Positions 35,782 through 45,497 of a stretch of DNA of 64,000 nucleotides are shown here, in pieces (the stretch's first letter is position 1; each line of letters begins with the position of its first letter). The translations under genes were made by a program, and so were the position numbers. Below the pieces are notes generated by a model. That model worked only from the letters and a program-made list of their open reading frames with translations, was not told the origin of the DNA and did not search any database. The stretch comes from a virus (Duplodnaviria; Caudoviricetes), in the IMG/VR virus record IMGVR_UViG_3300005838_000623, positions 1 to 64,000 of that record; one strand, given 5' to 3'.

Positions 35782-38700
35782 CTATCTGTCGATATCTGTA
35801 AAGTATCCGATTTGTTTCCAAGTGCGGGTAATATTACCATATTTACCATGCGTGTTTTGATTTTCTTTACTTGCTGAATTGCCGATATCAAATGCCGCTT
35901 TGCGATCAGCCGCCGCCTGGGATGAAATAATTTCTAATCTTTTTTGTTGCATTAATGAATCATTGGCTCGTACTAATCCTTGATCAACGGCATTATAATT
36001 ACTAGTGTTGGGATGTATTTCGGACCCAACCAATCCCAGTCCTTTCTTGCTAGATAATAAAATACGGCCAGCACCGTCTTGTATTACAACACCACTCGTA
36101 GTTACATTTGTTGCGACTGTTCTACCTTCCGCCGCCCTCCAAGCTGCTCCTTGTTGTGCTAATCTTTCTTGGCGAGAGGCAGCTACTGGTGATTTTTCAT
36201 TTAAAACTGGAGTCATTGTATCACTCATTCTAATACTAAAATTATCATGTGGATTAGCTCTGCCAGCAAATGTAGTAGTATCCACAGAGGTAGTAGCAAT
36301 ATTTTCTATACCAGCTCTCCTTGCTTCGGCTGCTCTAAACGCCACAGCATTTTTTGGATTATTATTTTGTATTGCATTTGTATTTGCATCCATAAAAGTA
36401 TCCTGTGCTCGAGATTCAACTGAGCCTCTACCACCTGAAAATGCATCAAAATTATCTACACCATCTACCGAACTGTTGTTTGCTTGCTCGTTTACTAAGG
36501 CATTTTTCTGATCAGGCAGGCTTGAAAAATCGTCAACAGGAGGCGTACCAAAAGCTGGTGCATTACCACTTGTTTCAATATCCATGCCTGACTTAATTCT
36601 GTTGTTTAACCAAGAAAAATCGTCTACTTCGGCATTGGACTTTAGGTCGTTTGGATCTTTATAACTTAATGGATTTGTTGCTTCACGAAATTGATTATAT
36701 TCTCGCGTCATATCCAAAGATTGCAAAAACTCACCATTATTAAAAGTATTCTTAACGGTCCAAACCCTGTAATAGCCACCTAATGTACTATTTTTAAATC
36801 TCTTATCACCTATATTAAAATCTGTTATGCCTGTTGCTTCATTTATATCTTCAGGTGTTCTATATACAAGGTATACATGACAGTCTGCTTGGTCACATAA
36901 TACTGCACCACTAGCAGGATCTACGGCCAGTTTTTTATTATTAGTGCAAACTTTATTCTTTGTTGTCATAGCAAGTATACCATCTTGCTGTAAATAAGCT
37001 GGATCGCCTATAATGTTTAATGTGGCACTCATCATATCAGAACCAACTTGCCTGTATAAGTTTTCCATTAAAGTGCCAGCAGCTTGTTGTACTCCTGTTG
37101 CGTTATTTGACTTTTTAAATTTGGCCTTCGCATCAGGATTTTGACCACCACCACTTGTCATATCATAACCTGCTTCTTGAGTTCCAGCTGGTGGCACGAT
37201 TGCAACAGATGTTGAGTCACTATCTCCGCTTTTATCGCTTGTACCCAGTCCCATCATTGCCATAAGGAATGAATTTTCAAATTTAATTTGTAAATCAAGA
37301 ATATCAAGATTTTGTCCCATATATTGATATTGATAGTTACGTGCAACTGGTGGCATATCACCATCACCAGGTTTTGCCGTAGCATCAGTAGCCACTGGGT
37401 CAGTTATTAAAAAAGGATCTATTTGTATAATAGTTGTAGAGGAATATGCGTTTCGTATATTATCATATTCATTTAATTTTTTAGCATATGTTATTTTCCA
37501 CCACTTTAATCCTGCGCTTGGATTTTTTAATACTCCCTTTTTACGTAAATCTTTAACAGCAGATGCTTCCATTGCAGCTATTGGATCATTTAATTGATCA
37601 GTAATGTAAGTACTGTCACGTAATAATTGCTCAAGTAATGACAAATATGATTGTCCGTTGTCGGCAATCACCCATCTTTCTTCACCATCAGTGCCAGTTC
37701 CAGTAAATCGGACATTTGTTTTGTGTTTATAAACTTTATCTGCTTCTTTTATCTTTACGCTTGCATGAGGCCCTGGTCGGCGCGTTGCACCTGTGTGTAT
37801 CATTGTTTGCTTGGCTACTTGTGGGGGTATAAATCCCTTTGCAATTTCAGGTGCGATAGAAAATTCTATTCTATCAGCAAATTCTTGTTTTGCCGGGGCG
37901 ATCACTTTCGGTTCACCAGTCCCAGAAGTTCCTCTTCCCGCAAAACTCCCTGTTGCGGCTTTTGAATTATCTAGGGTTAGTGCGTCCTGTTCTTTGCTAA
38001 ATGATTCTTTAATTTGGGTACAAAATTCCTCTATATTTTTTCCTGTTAATGTTTTCATATGCATTGCATTTGTTATGGGATTTTTCTTAACTACTGCCGA
38101 TGCTAAAAAATCTAATGCATAATTAGTACCACTCGCTGTTAAGTCAAAAGTCATACCAACTAATCTAACTGGAAGCCATCTTGTTGCTGGTTTAATTTTT
38201 GTGGGGTTGCCTGCCTCATCATATCCAGTAAACTCAATTTGAATTAATAAAGGTTTCTCTGTCCAATTTGGACCGTCTTCAGTTAATACTGATTCCATTC
38301 GTTCTAATAACGTAGTACCAAGTGGTTCAACCACTTCCATAGAACATTCAAATACGTTAGTAGCTCTAGTATTACCACTCATACCCATCATTGCTGTAGT
38401 TTGAAATGCCGCAATATAAAAATCTACATTAAATGCATTGTGCCGTCTTTCTGTTTGCACACCGCCACTAGCAAATAATACTTTAGTATTATTTGGCACC
38501 CAACCGTGCATCATTTGCCATGAACCGTTTTCCACCATTATATTATATTCTCGATTCGAATTAAATGACAGCACTGATATGTTATAAGTGTAATTGGCGT
38601 AATTGTGTAAAATATTATCAGGTGCTTCTGGTCCTTTTTTATTTTTTACTATAGTTTGCACACCAGAAATACTTTCTACACTATCAGAGGCACTTTTAGT

Positions 38701-38844
38701 TGCGCTTGTTGGTCCCCCTCGTCCAGAATGAACTGGTGACGTAGAACTAGTTGTGCCCGCGGTTGTTGAAGTAGATGAACTTGGTGTTGTAGTACTTGAT
38801 GTGGCGGATGTGGTATCTTTCTCACTGATCCTTATCAGGCCCAT
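35782..38844 (-). CDS. Baseplate hub / tail protein (gp27-like by position)
   Basis: NILHNYANYTYNI, LNIIGDP, GYYRVWTVKNTFNNGEFLQSL; lies between gp53-like and gp5-like genes. Confidence 0.55.
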   Translation of the reverse strand: MGLIRISEKDTTSATSSTTTPSSSTSTTAGTTSSTSPVHSGRGGPTSATKSASDSVESISGVQTIVKNKKGPEAPDNILHNYANYTYNISVLSFNSNREYNIMVENGSWQMMHGWVPNNTKVLFASGGVQTERRHNAFNVDFYIAAFQTTAMMGMSGNTRATNVFECSMEVVEPLGTTLLERMESVLTEDGPNWTEKPLLIQIEFTGYDEAGNPTKIKPATRWLPVRLVGMTFDLTASGTNYALDFLASAVVKKNPITNAMHMKTLTGKNIEEFCTQIKESFSKEQDALTLDNSKAATGSFAGRGTSGTGEPKVIAPAKQEFADRIEFSIAPEIAKGFIPPQVAKQTMIHTGATRRPGPHASVKIKEADKVYKHKTNVRFTGTGTDGEERWVIADNGQSYLSLLEQLLRDSTYITDQLNDPIAAMEASAVKDLRKKGVLKNPSAGLKWWKITYAKKLNEYDNIRNAYSSTTIIQIDPFLITDPVATDATAKPGDGDMPPVARNYQYQYMGQNLDILDLQIKFENSFLMAMMGLGTSDKSGDSDSTSVAIVPPAGTQEAGYDMTSGGGQNPDAKAKFKKSNNATGVQQAAGTLMENLYRQVGSDMMSATLNIIGDPAYLQQDGILAMTTKNKVCTNNKKLAVDPASGAVLCDQADCHVYLVYRTPEDINEATGITDFNIGDKRFKNSTLGGYYRVWTVKNTFNNGEFLQSLDMTREYNQFREATNPLSYKDPNDLKSNAEVDDFSWLNNRIKSGMDIETSGNAPAFGTPPVDDFSSLPDQKNALVNEQANNSSVDGVDNFDAFSGGRGSVESRAQDTFMDANTNAIQNNNPKNAVAFRAAEARRAGIENIATTSVDTTTFAGRANPHDNFSIRMSDTMTPVLNEKSPVAASRQERLAQQGAAWRAAEGRTVATNVTTSGVVIQDGAGRILLSSKKGLGLVGSEIHPNTSNYNAVDQGLVRANDSLMQQKRLEIISSQAAADRKAAFDIGNSASKENQNTHGKYGNITRTWKQIGYFTDIDR

Positions 38845-38845
38845 A

Positions 38846-39148
38846 TTAAATCTCCAAAGAATTTGTTAAGGTTGCTTGTTGTGGGAGATATATAGTTACG
38901 CCTGTTATAAAATCAAATACAGGATCTTTTAATACATCTGGATTACGCACAGCAAAAACCCACCATAAACCTGATTTACCATATAAATCATATGCTAATA
39001 AATCTGGTCTATTATTATACACAGGATCTATTTCATATATTAAGTCATCTTGCTCGGCATTAAAAGATCGCTTAGCCATTAATCCTAATTTATTGTTATT
39101 TCTAGGAGTAGTATAATATGGACTTGTTGAAGAATATTCACCAGCCAT
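38846..39148 (-). CDS. Baseplate wedge gp53-like / LysM-like protein
   Basis: RPDLLAYDLYG...LWWV...NP...IYLP. Confidence 0.7.
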   Translation of the reverse strand: MAGEYSSTSPYYTTPRNNNKLGLMAKRSFNAEQDDLIYEIDPVYNNRPDLLAYDLYGKSGLWWVFAVRNPDVLKDPVFDFITGVTIYLPQQATLTNSLEI

Positions 39149-39870
39149 TAAATAAAGCCTCCTTGACTATCACTACCCAATAAAGAACCATCAGCAAAGT
39201 TTTTAAGACCAAATCGTTTTGCTGTAGCAGCTCTCGAGTATGCTGGTTTCAAGTTACAAGTAAGTGTAGTACTTGCTGGAACCATCGTTTTCCCATCACT
39301 TGTTGCTATATAATCAACAGTATTTGCCATATCTATTGTGAAGTTAGTAACAACTACAGGAACATTTTTAAAAATATGATCACCATATGCATTTAACCTT
39401 AACACTGGTGGTGGCGTTCCTGCTTTTGGATCTTGTCCAAAATACATTTTAGTAACTGTTCTCATAAAATGCAATGCGGCTCGAAACATATCTGCTTCTA
39501 CTTTGCTATTTGCTGTAAATGGACAAGTTATTTGTATTTCACCAATATTATGGCTTTCAAAAGCTGGATGATCATAATTAGAATGTGTTAATCCTGTTGA
39601 GCCATAACTTGCAGTTTGTTGTATGAAAATTATAGGAGTATATGGAAATATAATACCACCTGCATCTTGAAACTTTGTTGGAAACACAGGTCCTGTTATT
39701 AAGTCGGCTGCTCCAGAACCTACAGTGAGTTTTGTTCGCCAATCTCTTTGTTGTGTTGACGGAAATAAACTAACGGTTGGTGATGTTTGACTTCCAAAAA
39801 GAGAAGCACCAAACGGTATGTGTTTTGCAATCAAGTTTCCTAGTCTTGGTGATAGTCCACGTATAGCCAT
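39148..39870 (-). CDS. Tail tube initiator / baseplate cap, gp48/gp54-like
   Basis: FPYTP, GTPPPVLRLNAYG...VPVVVTNF. Confidence 0.55.
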   Translation of the reverse strand: MAIRGLSPRLGNLIAKHIPFGASLFGSQTSPTVSLFPSTQQRDWRTKLTVGSGAADLITGPVFPTKFQDAGGIIFPYTPIIFIQQTASYGSTGLTHSNYDHPAFESHNIGEIQITCPFTANSKVEADMFRAALHFMRTVTKMYFGQDPKAGTPPPVLRLNAYGDHIFKNVPVVVTNFTIDMANTVDYIATSDGKTMVPASTTLTCNLKPAYSRAATAKRFGLKNFADGSLLGSDSQGGFI

Positions 39871-39900
39871 ATTTTTTTCCTAATTTATAACATTATTTAT

Positions 39901-39941
39901 TTGACTTTTTAATATGCATGTATTATAATATAGTATAAATA
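39901..39941 (+). promoter_or_regulatory. Tandem sigma70 and T4-type late promoter of gp55
   Basis: TTGACT (39901-39906), 17 bp, TATAAT (39924-39929), then TATAAATA (39934-39941). Confidence 0.7.
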
Positions 39942-39959
39942 TGATGGAGCAAAACATTA

Positions 39960-40799
39960 ATGATATACTTACGAAACAAAGATATATTAGAAGAAATACA
40001 CAAATCAAAAATCAGTTATAGTAGTTATCTAACCTCAATCGACAAAGATTATGATCTAATTCTTCCTAATATAGAAAAAATAAACATACGTTCTGTTGCA
40101 CAAGCTAAACGAAATCGTGCCGCAAAAATAGCAAAAGAAAATCATGCTATTGCTACGGCGGAAAACACAAATAAAAAGAAAAAACCTAGACTAATAGATT
40201 ATCAATTTAATTGGAAAAAAGTACTAAAAGAAGATCTTGTATTTAGAATATCATCTTTTGAACACATACCACTACAACATGGACGGGTTAAAACACCCAA
40301 ATCTGTTGCAGATCATTATGAAAAATTACCTTTCCCGCCTTACCAGCACTTTCGTTTCGATGGCAATACTAAGGAAAGTGAATTAACGTGTGTTGGTAAA
40401 AGTCATTGGAAAGGTGACTTAGAAACAGGAGAATTTTGTAAAGATCATGGGGATATGACCGATACATTAGCACGAATGTTTATTAAACTATGTGATAGAT
40501 ACGGAACACGATCTAATTGGCGTGGTTATACATACAATGATGAGATGCGTGGTCAAGCAATATTACAACTAGTTCAAGTAGGATTATTGTTTGATGAAAG
40601 CAAAAGTCAAAATCCATTTGCTTATTATACAGCAATAATTACTAATTCCTTTACTAAAATTTTAAACACAGAGAAGAAAAATCAAAACATTCGTGATGAT
40701 ATTCTAGAAATGAATAACATGGCACCAAGTTATACGCGGCAAAATCAAAACTCACCCGCTCGCACAGTACCAGTACCAAGTAAACCAGTTACTACTTGA
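39960..40799 (+). CDS. gp55: Late-transcription sigma factor, T4 gp55-like
   Basis: YLRNKDIL...NWRGYTYNDEM...FDESKSQNPFAYYTAIITNSF; precedes gp47-gp46 as in T4-like phages. Confidence 0.85.
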   Translation: MIYLRNKDILEEIHKSKISYSSYLTSIDKDYDLILPNIEKINIRSVAQAKRNRAAKIAKENHAIATAENTNKKKKPRLIDYQFNWKKVLKEDLVFRISSFEHIPLQHGRVKTPKSVADHYEKLPFPPYQHFRFDGNTKESELTCVGKSHWKGDLETGEFCKDHGDMTDTLARMFIKLCDRYGTRSNWRGYTYNDEMRGQAILQLVQVGLLFDESKSQNPFAYYTAIITNSFTKILNTEKKNQNIRDDILEMNNMAPSYTRQNQNSPARTVPVPSKPVTT

Positions 40800-40824
40800 C
40801 AATTTACTTTAAGTGCGTTATAAT
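40796..40824 (+). promoter_or_regulatory. sigma70 consensus promoter
   Basis: TTGACA (40796-40801), 17 bp, TATAAT (40819-40824). Confidence 0.8.
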
Positions 40825-40831
40825 AATATAG

Positions 40832-41857
40832 ATGAGTACAGATAATTTATTCAATAAAATAGCAGTATGTACAGACATTCATTTTGGTAATAAAAGCAAC
40901 TCTTTAACACACAATAAAGATTGCGAAGATTTTGTAGATTGGTTCATAGCAACCGCACAAGAAAACAATTGCGAAACTGCCATATTTTTGGGAGACTGGC
41001 ACCATCATAGGGCCAGCATTAATGTCAGCACACTGAACTATAGCCTGCGTAGTTTGGAAAAACTAGGCACTTCGTTTGATAATTTTTATTTTATCACTGG
41101 CAATCACGACCTATATTATAGAGATAGGCGTGATCTCAATAGTGTAGAGTTTGCTAGTAGATTTAAAGGTATTACAATAGTAAATGAACCGTTTAATGCG
41201 GGAAATTGTGCTATTGTGCCTTGGCTTGTGGGTGATGATTACAAAAAACTAAAAAAAGTAAAAGCAAAATATATCTTTGGACATTTTGAATTACCACATT
41301 TCTATATGAATGCAATGATACAAATGCCCGAAACTAATGAATTACATGCTGAAGATATGCATAAAGCAGATTATGTTTTTAGCGGCCACTTTCATAAAAG
41401 ACAACAACGCAAGAATGTTGTATATGTAGGCAATTGTTTCCCACACAACTACAGTGATGCTTGGGATGATGATCGTGGGATGATGATGTTGGAGTGGGAT
41501 GGTGAGCCAGAGTTTGTTGCGTGGCCTGATGCACCATCATATAAAACATTAAAATTATCGCAGTTATTGGATGATCCTAGTAGCTATCTAACTGATAAAA
41601 CTTATGCTCGAGTTGTTATGGATATCGACATTTCTTATGAAGAGGCAAACTATGTTAAGGAAACATTTGCTGAACAATTTAAAATGCGTGAGTTAAGTTT
41701 ATTACCAGATAAAGAGAAACTAGATTTAGATATATTAAATGAAGATATAGAGTTAAATTTTGACAGCATTGACTCTATAGTTATAGACCAACTTTCTAAT
41801 ATTGAGAGTGAACATTACGATCCACAAATGCTACTAGACATATATAGGAGCATTTAA
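40832..41857 (+). CDS. gp47: Recombination endonuclease, gp47 (Mre11/SbcD-like)
   Basis: Metallophosphoesterase motifs DIHFG, GDWHH, GNHD, GHFH. Confidence 0.9.
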   Translation: MSTDNLFNKIAVCTDIHFGNKSNSLTHNKDCEDFVDWFIATAQENNCETAIFLGDWHHHRASINVSTLNYSLRSLEKLGTSFDNFYFITGNHDLYYRDRRDLNSVEFASRFKGITIVNEPFNAGNCAIVPWLVGDDYKKLKKVKAKYIFGHFELPHFYMNAMIQMPETNELHAEDMHKADYVFSGHFHKRQQRKNVVYVGNCFPHNYSDAWDDDRGMMMLEWDGEPEFVAWPDAPSYKTLKLSQLLDDPSSYLTDKTYARVVMDIDISYEEANYVKETFAEQFKMRELSLLPDKEKLDLDILNEDIELNFDSIDSIVIDQLSNIESEHYDPQMLLDIYRSI

Positions 41858-43614
41858 TGCTCGTCCTAAAGAATTTAACAGTTAAGAATTTTATGAGCGT
41901 GGGTAATCAAACCCAAGCAGTAAATCTAAACAGACAAGATCTCACATTAGTATTGGGTGAGAATTTGGACTTGGGTGGTGATGATGCAGGTGCTCGTAAT
42001 GGCACTGGAAAAACTACTATTGTTAATGCATTGAGTTATGTGTTGTATGGTTCAGCATTAACTAATATTAAAAAAGATAACCTCATAAACAAAACTAATG
42101 GTAAAAACATGTTAGTTACTGTTGAGTATGAGAAGGATGGTCAAGACTATCGTATAGAGCGTGGGAGACGGCCCGCTACATTAAAATATTTTAAGCAAGA
42201 TGAAGAAAGTTCAGCACAAGGTGAAAATAGGCAAACACAAGAAGAAATAGAACGAGATATAGGGTTGGGACATACTATATTCAAACATATAGTAGCACTT
42301 AATACATACACTGAACCATTTTTAGCGATGCGTGTTGCAGATCAACGCGAAGTAATTGAAGAACTATTGGGTATAACTTTGTTGAGCGAGAAGGCAGAAA
42401 GTTTAAGAGAAGTAGTTAAAGTAACCAAAGATAAAATAACTGAAGAAGAATACGCAATAAAAGGCATAATAAAAGCAAATGAAAGTATAGAGACAACAAT
42501 AAACAGTTTAAGATTAAAACAAAAAGTATGGGAAGAATCAAAAAATATAGAAATAGATAAACTAAACAATGCTATTGATAAATTAGTAGCGGTGAATATA
42601 GAGGATGAATTAGCATTACATACTAAAAAAGCAAATGTTGAAAAAATAGAATCTAAATTACGTAGTTATGAACGTGAGCGTAAAACATCAGAGAGTTCAT
42701 TAAAAAAGTATGAGAGAGAACTTAAAAATTATAATACTAATTTAGCGTCAGCGGAAGAGAAAAAATGTCATGCTTGTGGACAACCATTACATGATGAATT
42801 ACATCAAGAAATGCTTTTAGATATTAACACTGAAATAAATGAACATAAAAGCACAATAAAAAAGGAAAAGAAAAAATTAAAATCTATAACTAAAAAGATA
42901 GACGAAATAGACAATACAGATCTTGGAATAGAAACTTTTTATGAAACTATAGCAGATGCTTATAAACATGATTCAAGTTTAGAGTATTTAAAAAAGGAAT
43001 TAGCAGATAAAATAAAGTCAACTGATCCATTTAATAGCCAAATTGAAGATTTACAAGATTCAGTATTACAAGAAGTAAATTATGATAAATTAAATAAGAT
43101 AGTAAGATTACAAGAACACCAAGAGTTTTTATTGCGTTTGCTTGTTAATAAAGATTCATTTATACGCAAGCGTATTATAGACCAAAATTTGGCATTCTTG
43201 AATAAACGTTTAAGTTATTATTTAGATAGAATAGGATTACCACATACTGTGGAGTTCCAAAATGATTTAAGTGTTGAGATAATGGAATATGGACGAGACT
43301 TAGACTTTGATAATTTAAGCAGGGGCGAACGCAACAGACTTATATTAAGTTTAAGTTGGGCATTTAGAGATGTTTGGGAACATTTATATAGTAATATAAA
43401 TTTATTAATTATAGATGAATTAGTAGATAGTGGGATGGATACACTAGGATTAGAAGGTGCGATAAGCATACTTAAAAAAGTTTCTAGAGATAGACAGAAA
43501 AGTGTGTTCTTAATATCCCATAAAGATGAACTGGCGGGGCGTGTTCATAGCGTTTTGACAGTTACAAAAGAGAACGGATTCACAAATTACAGTGATGACG
43601 TGGAGATAATGTAA
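41857..43614 (+). CDS. gp46: Recombination ATPase, gp46 (Rad50/SbcC-like)
   Basis: Walker A GARNGTGKT, CHAC zinc hook, LSRGE signature, LLIIDE Walker B. Confidence 0.9.
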   Translation: MLVLKNLTVKNFMSVGNQTQAVNLNRQDLTLVLGENLDLGGDDAGARNGTGKTTIVNALSYVLYGSALTNIKKDNLINKTNGKNMLVTVEYEKDGQDYRIERGRRPATLKYFKQDEESSAQGENRQTQEEIERDIGLGHTIFKHIVALNTYTEPFLAMRVADQREVIEELLGITLLSEKAESLREVVKVTKDKITEEEYAIKGIIKANESIETTINSLRLKQKVWEESKNIEIDKLNNAIDKLVAVNIEDELALHTKKANVEKIESKLRSYERERKTSESSLKKYERELKNYNTNLASAEEKKCHACGQPLHDELHQEMLLDINTEINEHKSTIKKEKKKLKSITKKIDEIDNTDLGIETFYETIADAYKHDSSLEYLKKELADKIKSTDPFNSQIEDLQDSVLQEVNYDKLNKIVRLQEHQEFLLRLLVNKDSFIRKRIIDQNLAFLNKRLSYYLDRIGLPHTVEFQNDLSVEIMEYGRDLDFDNLSRGERNRLILSLSWAFRDVWEHLYSNINLLIIDELVDSGMDTLGLEGAISILKKVSRDRQKSVFLISHKDELAGRVHSVLTVTKENGFTNYSDDVEIM

Positions 43615-43639
43615 ATACAAATACCAAAGGAGTATAGAG

Positions 43640-43819
43640 ATGTCGACAATACATGAGCAAATTTTAGATCAAGTAGACAGTTATTTGAAAGAATCAGCAA
43701 AATTCGAAGATAAAGGTGTAAAGGCGGCCGCCGCCCGTGCTCGTAAAGCACTAGGTGAAATAGGCAAACTATCTAAAGCACGTAGAGCAGAAATTCAAGA
43801 TAAGAAAAACTCTATGTAA
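43640..43819 (+). CDS. Histone H1-like Hc1-family small basic protein (59 aa; not in ORF track)
   Basis: MSTIHEQILDQVDSYLKESAKFEDKGVKAAAARARKALGEIGKLSKARRAEIQDKKNSM; AAGGAG SD; TAAATA upstream. Confidence 0.75.
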   Translation: MSTIHEQILDQVDSYLKESAKFEDKGVKAAAARARKALGEIGKLSKARRAEIQDKKNSM

Positions 43820-44406
43820 TGCCTAGTAAGCAAAAAATAAAAGGCGCCACGTGGGAACGAGATGTTGCAAAACATCTAACAGAATTATATGGTGAAACAT
43901 TTATTCGAGTTCCTCATAGTGGAGCTTACATCGGCGGATCAAACAAAGTACGTAAACAATACCTACATGAGGGAGTAATAAGAACCTTTAAAGGAGATAT
44001 TATTCCAGGGCCTAGTATGCCCTATTTAAATGTAGAATGTAAAGCATATAAAGATTTCCCCTTCCATCACTTGCTTACAGGTGATGCAAAATTATTAGAT
44101 GAATGGATTAATCAAGTATTAGATTCAGCAGATGAACATGACTTCAATATGTTAATAATGAAGTTTAATCGAAAAGGCAAATACGTAGCAATAGAAGACA
44201 AACATTTACATCATAGATTTAAAAGGCACATTAATTACAAAGGATGGAATTTTAGTGAATACGACCAATTCTGGAAACTAAATTCCAAAACAGTAAGATT
44301 ACAATCAGCGATAAAAAAAAGGCAAATTAAATATAATATGAAATCAATAACACAACCCACTTTTGGCTCCCATAGGCAAGTAAAAGAAACTAACATAGCA
44401 ACCTAA
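43819..44406 (+). CDS. Holliday junction resolvase-like PD-(D/E)xK nuclease
   Basis: KGATWERDVA...RVPHSGA...GDII...VECK. Confidence 0.75.
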   Translation: MPSKQKIKGATWERDVAKHLTELYGETFIRVPHSGAYIGGSNKVRKQYLHEGVIRTFKGDIIPGPSMPYLNVECKAYKDFPFHHLLTGDAKLLDEWINQVLDSADEHDFNMLIMKFNRKGKYVAIEDKHLHHRFKRHINYKGWNFSEYDQFWKLNSKTVRLQSAIKKRQIKYNMKSITQPTFGSHRQVKETNIAT

Positions 44407-44408
44407 AC

Positions 44409-44720
44409 GCAGTTAAGAGCTGCTCGCCTCGAGCACGTAGCATAGGCACGTGAGTACAAGAATTGGCGAAGTTGCAACCCAGGCTAAGGGCGCCAAAAGA
44501 TGTGGATACAAGAAAAAGAAACCACAACTATTTTAATGTTGATACTATAGCATTAAAGTAGTCCCGCTATGACGAAAGTCAGAAGTCTGAGGTAGGGGGT
44601 ACAGGGTAACCGCCTCCGTGCTAACGCAATCCTCAATAGTATATAATGAGTTAAACGATGGAAAAAGTACTCATGCTTCTCCTCACCAGGAGAAGTGTGA
44701 ATAAAACTTCGGGAAAAAGA
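44409..44720 (+). ncRNA. Candidate large structured non-coding RNA
   Basis: ORF-free, GC-richer gap with about 10 helices, G-U pairs, a GAAA tetraloop, a 7-bp pseudoknot and three GAAAAAG motifs; late-promoter motif at 44328. Confidence 0.55.
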
Positions 44721-44789
44721 TAACAAATAAATATTACTAAACGTTCAAGGTTCGAATGTAATGAAGAACCAGTTGAACGTAGTTCAACT

Positions 44790-45497
44790 ATGCAATATAC
44801 ATACGAAACACACTTCGGAAAACAAGAAACTCGAAATGTAATAATAAATTATGTAAGTTTACGCAACGTAGATCCACGGGAAGAATATCTAGCACTTGAA
44901 AAGGGATTTGCTTTAGATATTGTTAAAGGTAAAGAAGAATGGTTCATGTCGCGTAATACGCGAATTAAATTATCAGAAACAAATTATGATAAGTTAGATT
45001 GGCAGTTGGGGTTAGCATGGCATTCAAATATAAAAGAAATGCCTAGTATGTTTCAAAACATTTTAACAAAGTATATACATCATAATAATTTCAAAAACAT
45101 TTGGACTGTTAATGAAGATCATGATCGGTACCGATATATTTTATATTATCATAAAGGTAATATAGTGGCAATAACTAAAATGCTTCATTATCATCCACCA
45201 TTTCCATTTGCTGATCATGACATATTAGAAACAAACTTTTTTATATGGAATTATCATGAACCTGAATTACATTTAGGAACTCTGACATTGGAACATGAGA
45301 TTGCTTGGGCAAAAGAATTAGGTTTAAAGTATTTGTATACTGGTCCTGGATATGAGCAAAGTAGCATATACAAATCCAAATTCGACGGTTTTCAATGGTT
45401 TAACGGAATGGAATGGAGCACCGACGTGGAAAAGTATACACTACTTTGTCAACGGGATAGTAAAATACGGAGTTTTAAAGCGTATACTGAGATTTAA
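44790..45497 (+). CDS. Aminoacyl(Arg/Leu)-tRNA-protein transferase-like (ATE1/Bpt, GNAT fold)
   Basis: C-terminal LGTLTLEHEIAWAKELGLKYLYTGPGY...YKSKF resembles the ATE_C consensus. Confidence 0.6.
   Translation: MQYTYETHFGKQETRNVIINYVSLRNVDPREEYLALEKGFALDIVKGKEEWFMSRNTRIKLSETNYDKLDWQLGLAWHSNIKEMPSMFQNILTKYIHHNNFKNIWTVNEDHDRYRYILYYHKGNIVAITKMLHYHPPFPFADHDILETNFFIWNYHEPELHLGTLTLEHEIAWAKELGLKYLYTGPGYEQSSIYKSKFDGFQWFNGMEWSTDVEKYTLLCQRDSKIRSFKAYTEI

Noticed and set aside
13445-38122. Many plus-strand ORFs of 60-170 aa opposite structural genes, and similar antisense ORFs elsewhere
   Set aside because: Shadow frames with no SD, promoter or recognisable motif, lying wholly within confident genes
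44563-44617. Resemblance to group II intron domains V/VI (CGC...GAAA hairpin, then GGGGG...CTCC), or to group I and RNase P motifs
   Set aside because: The lower DV stem does not pair, there is no GUGYG 5' end, no interrupted gene and no P7 or RNase P P4 consensus; kept only as an unclassified structured RNA
44749-44757. GGTTCGAAT resembling a tRNA/tmRNA T-loop
   Set aside because: No complementary T-stem, acceptor stem or CCA end in register; no cloverleaf
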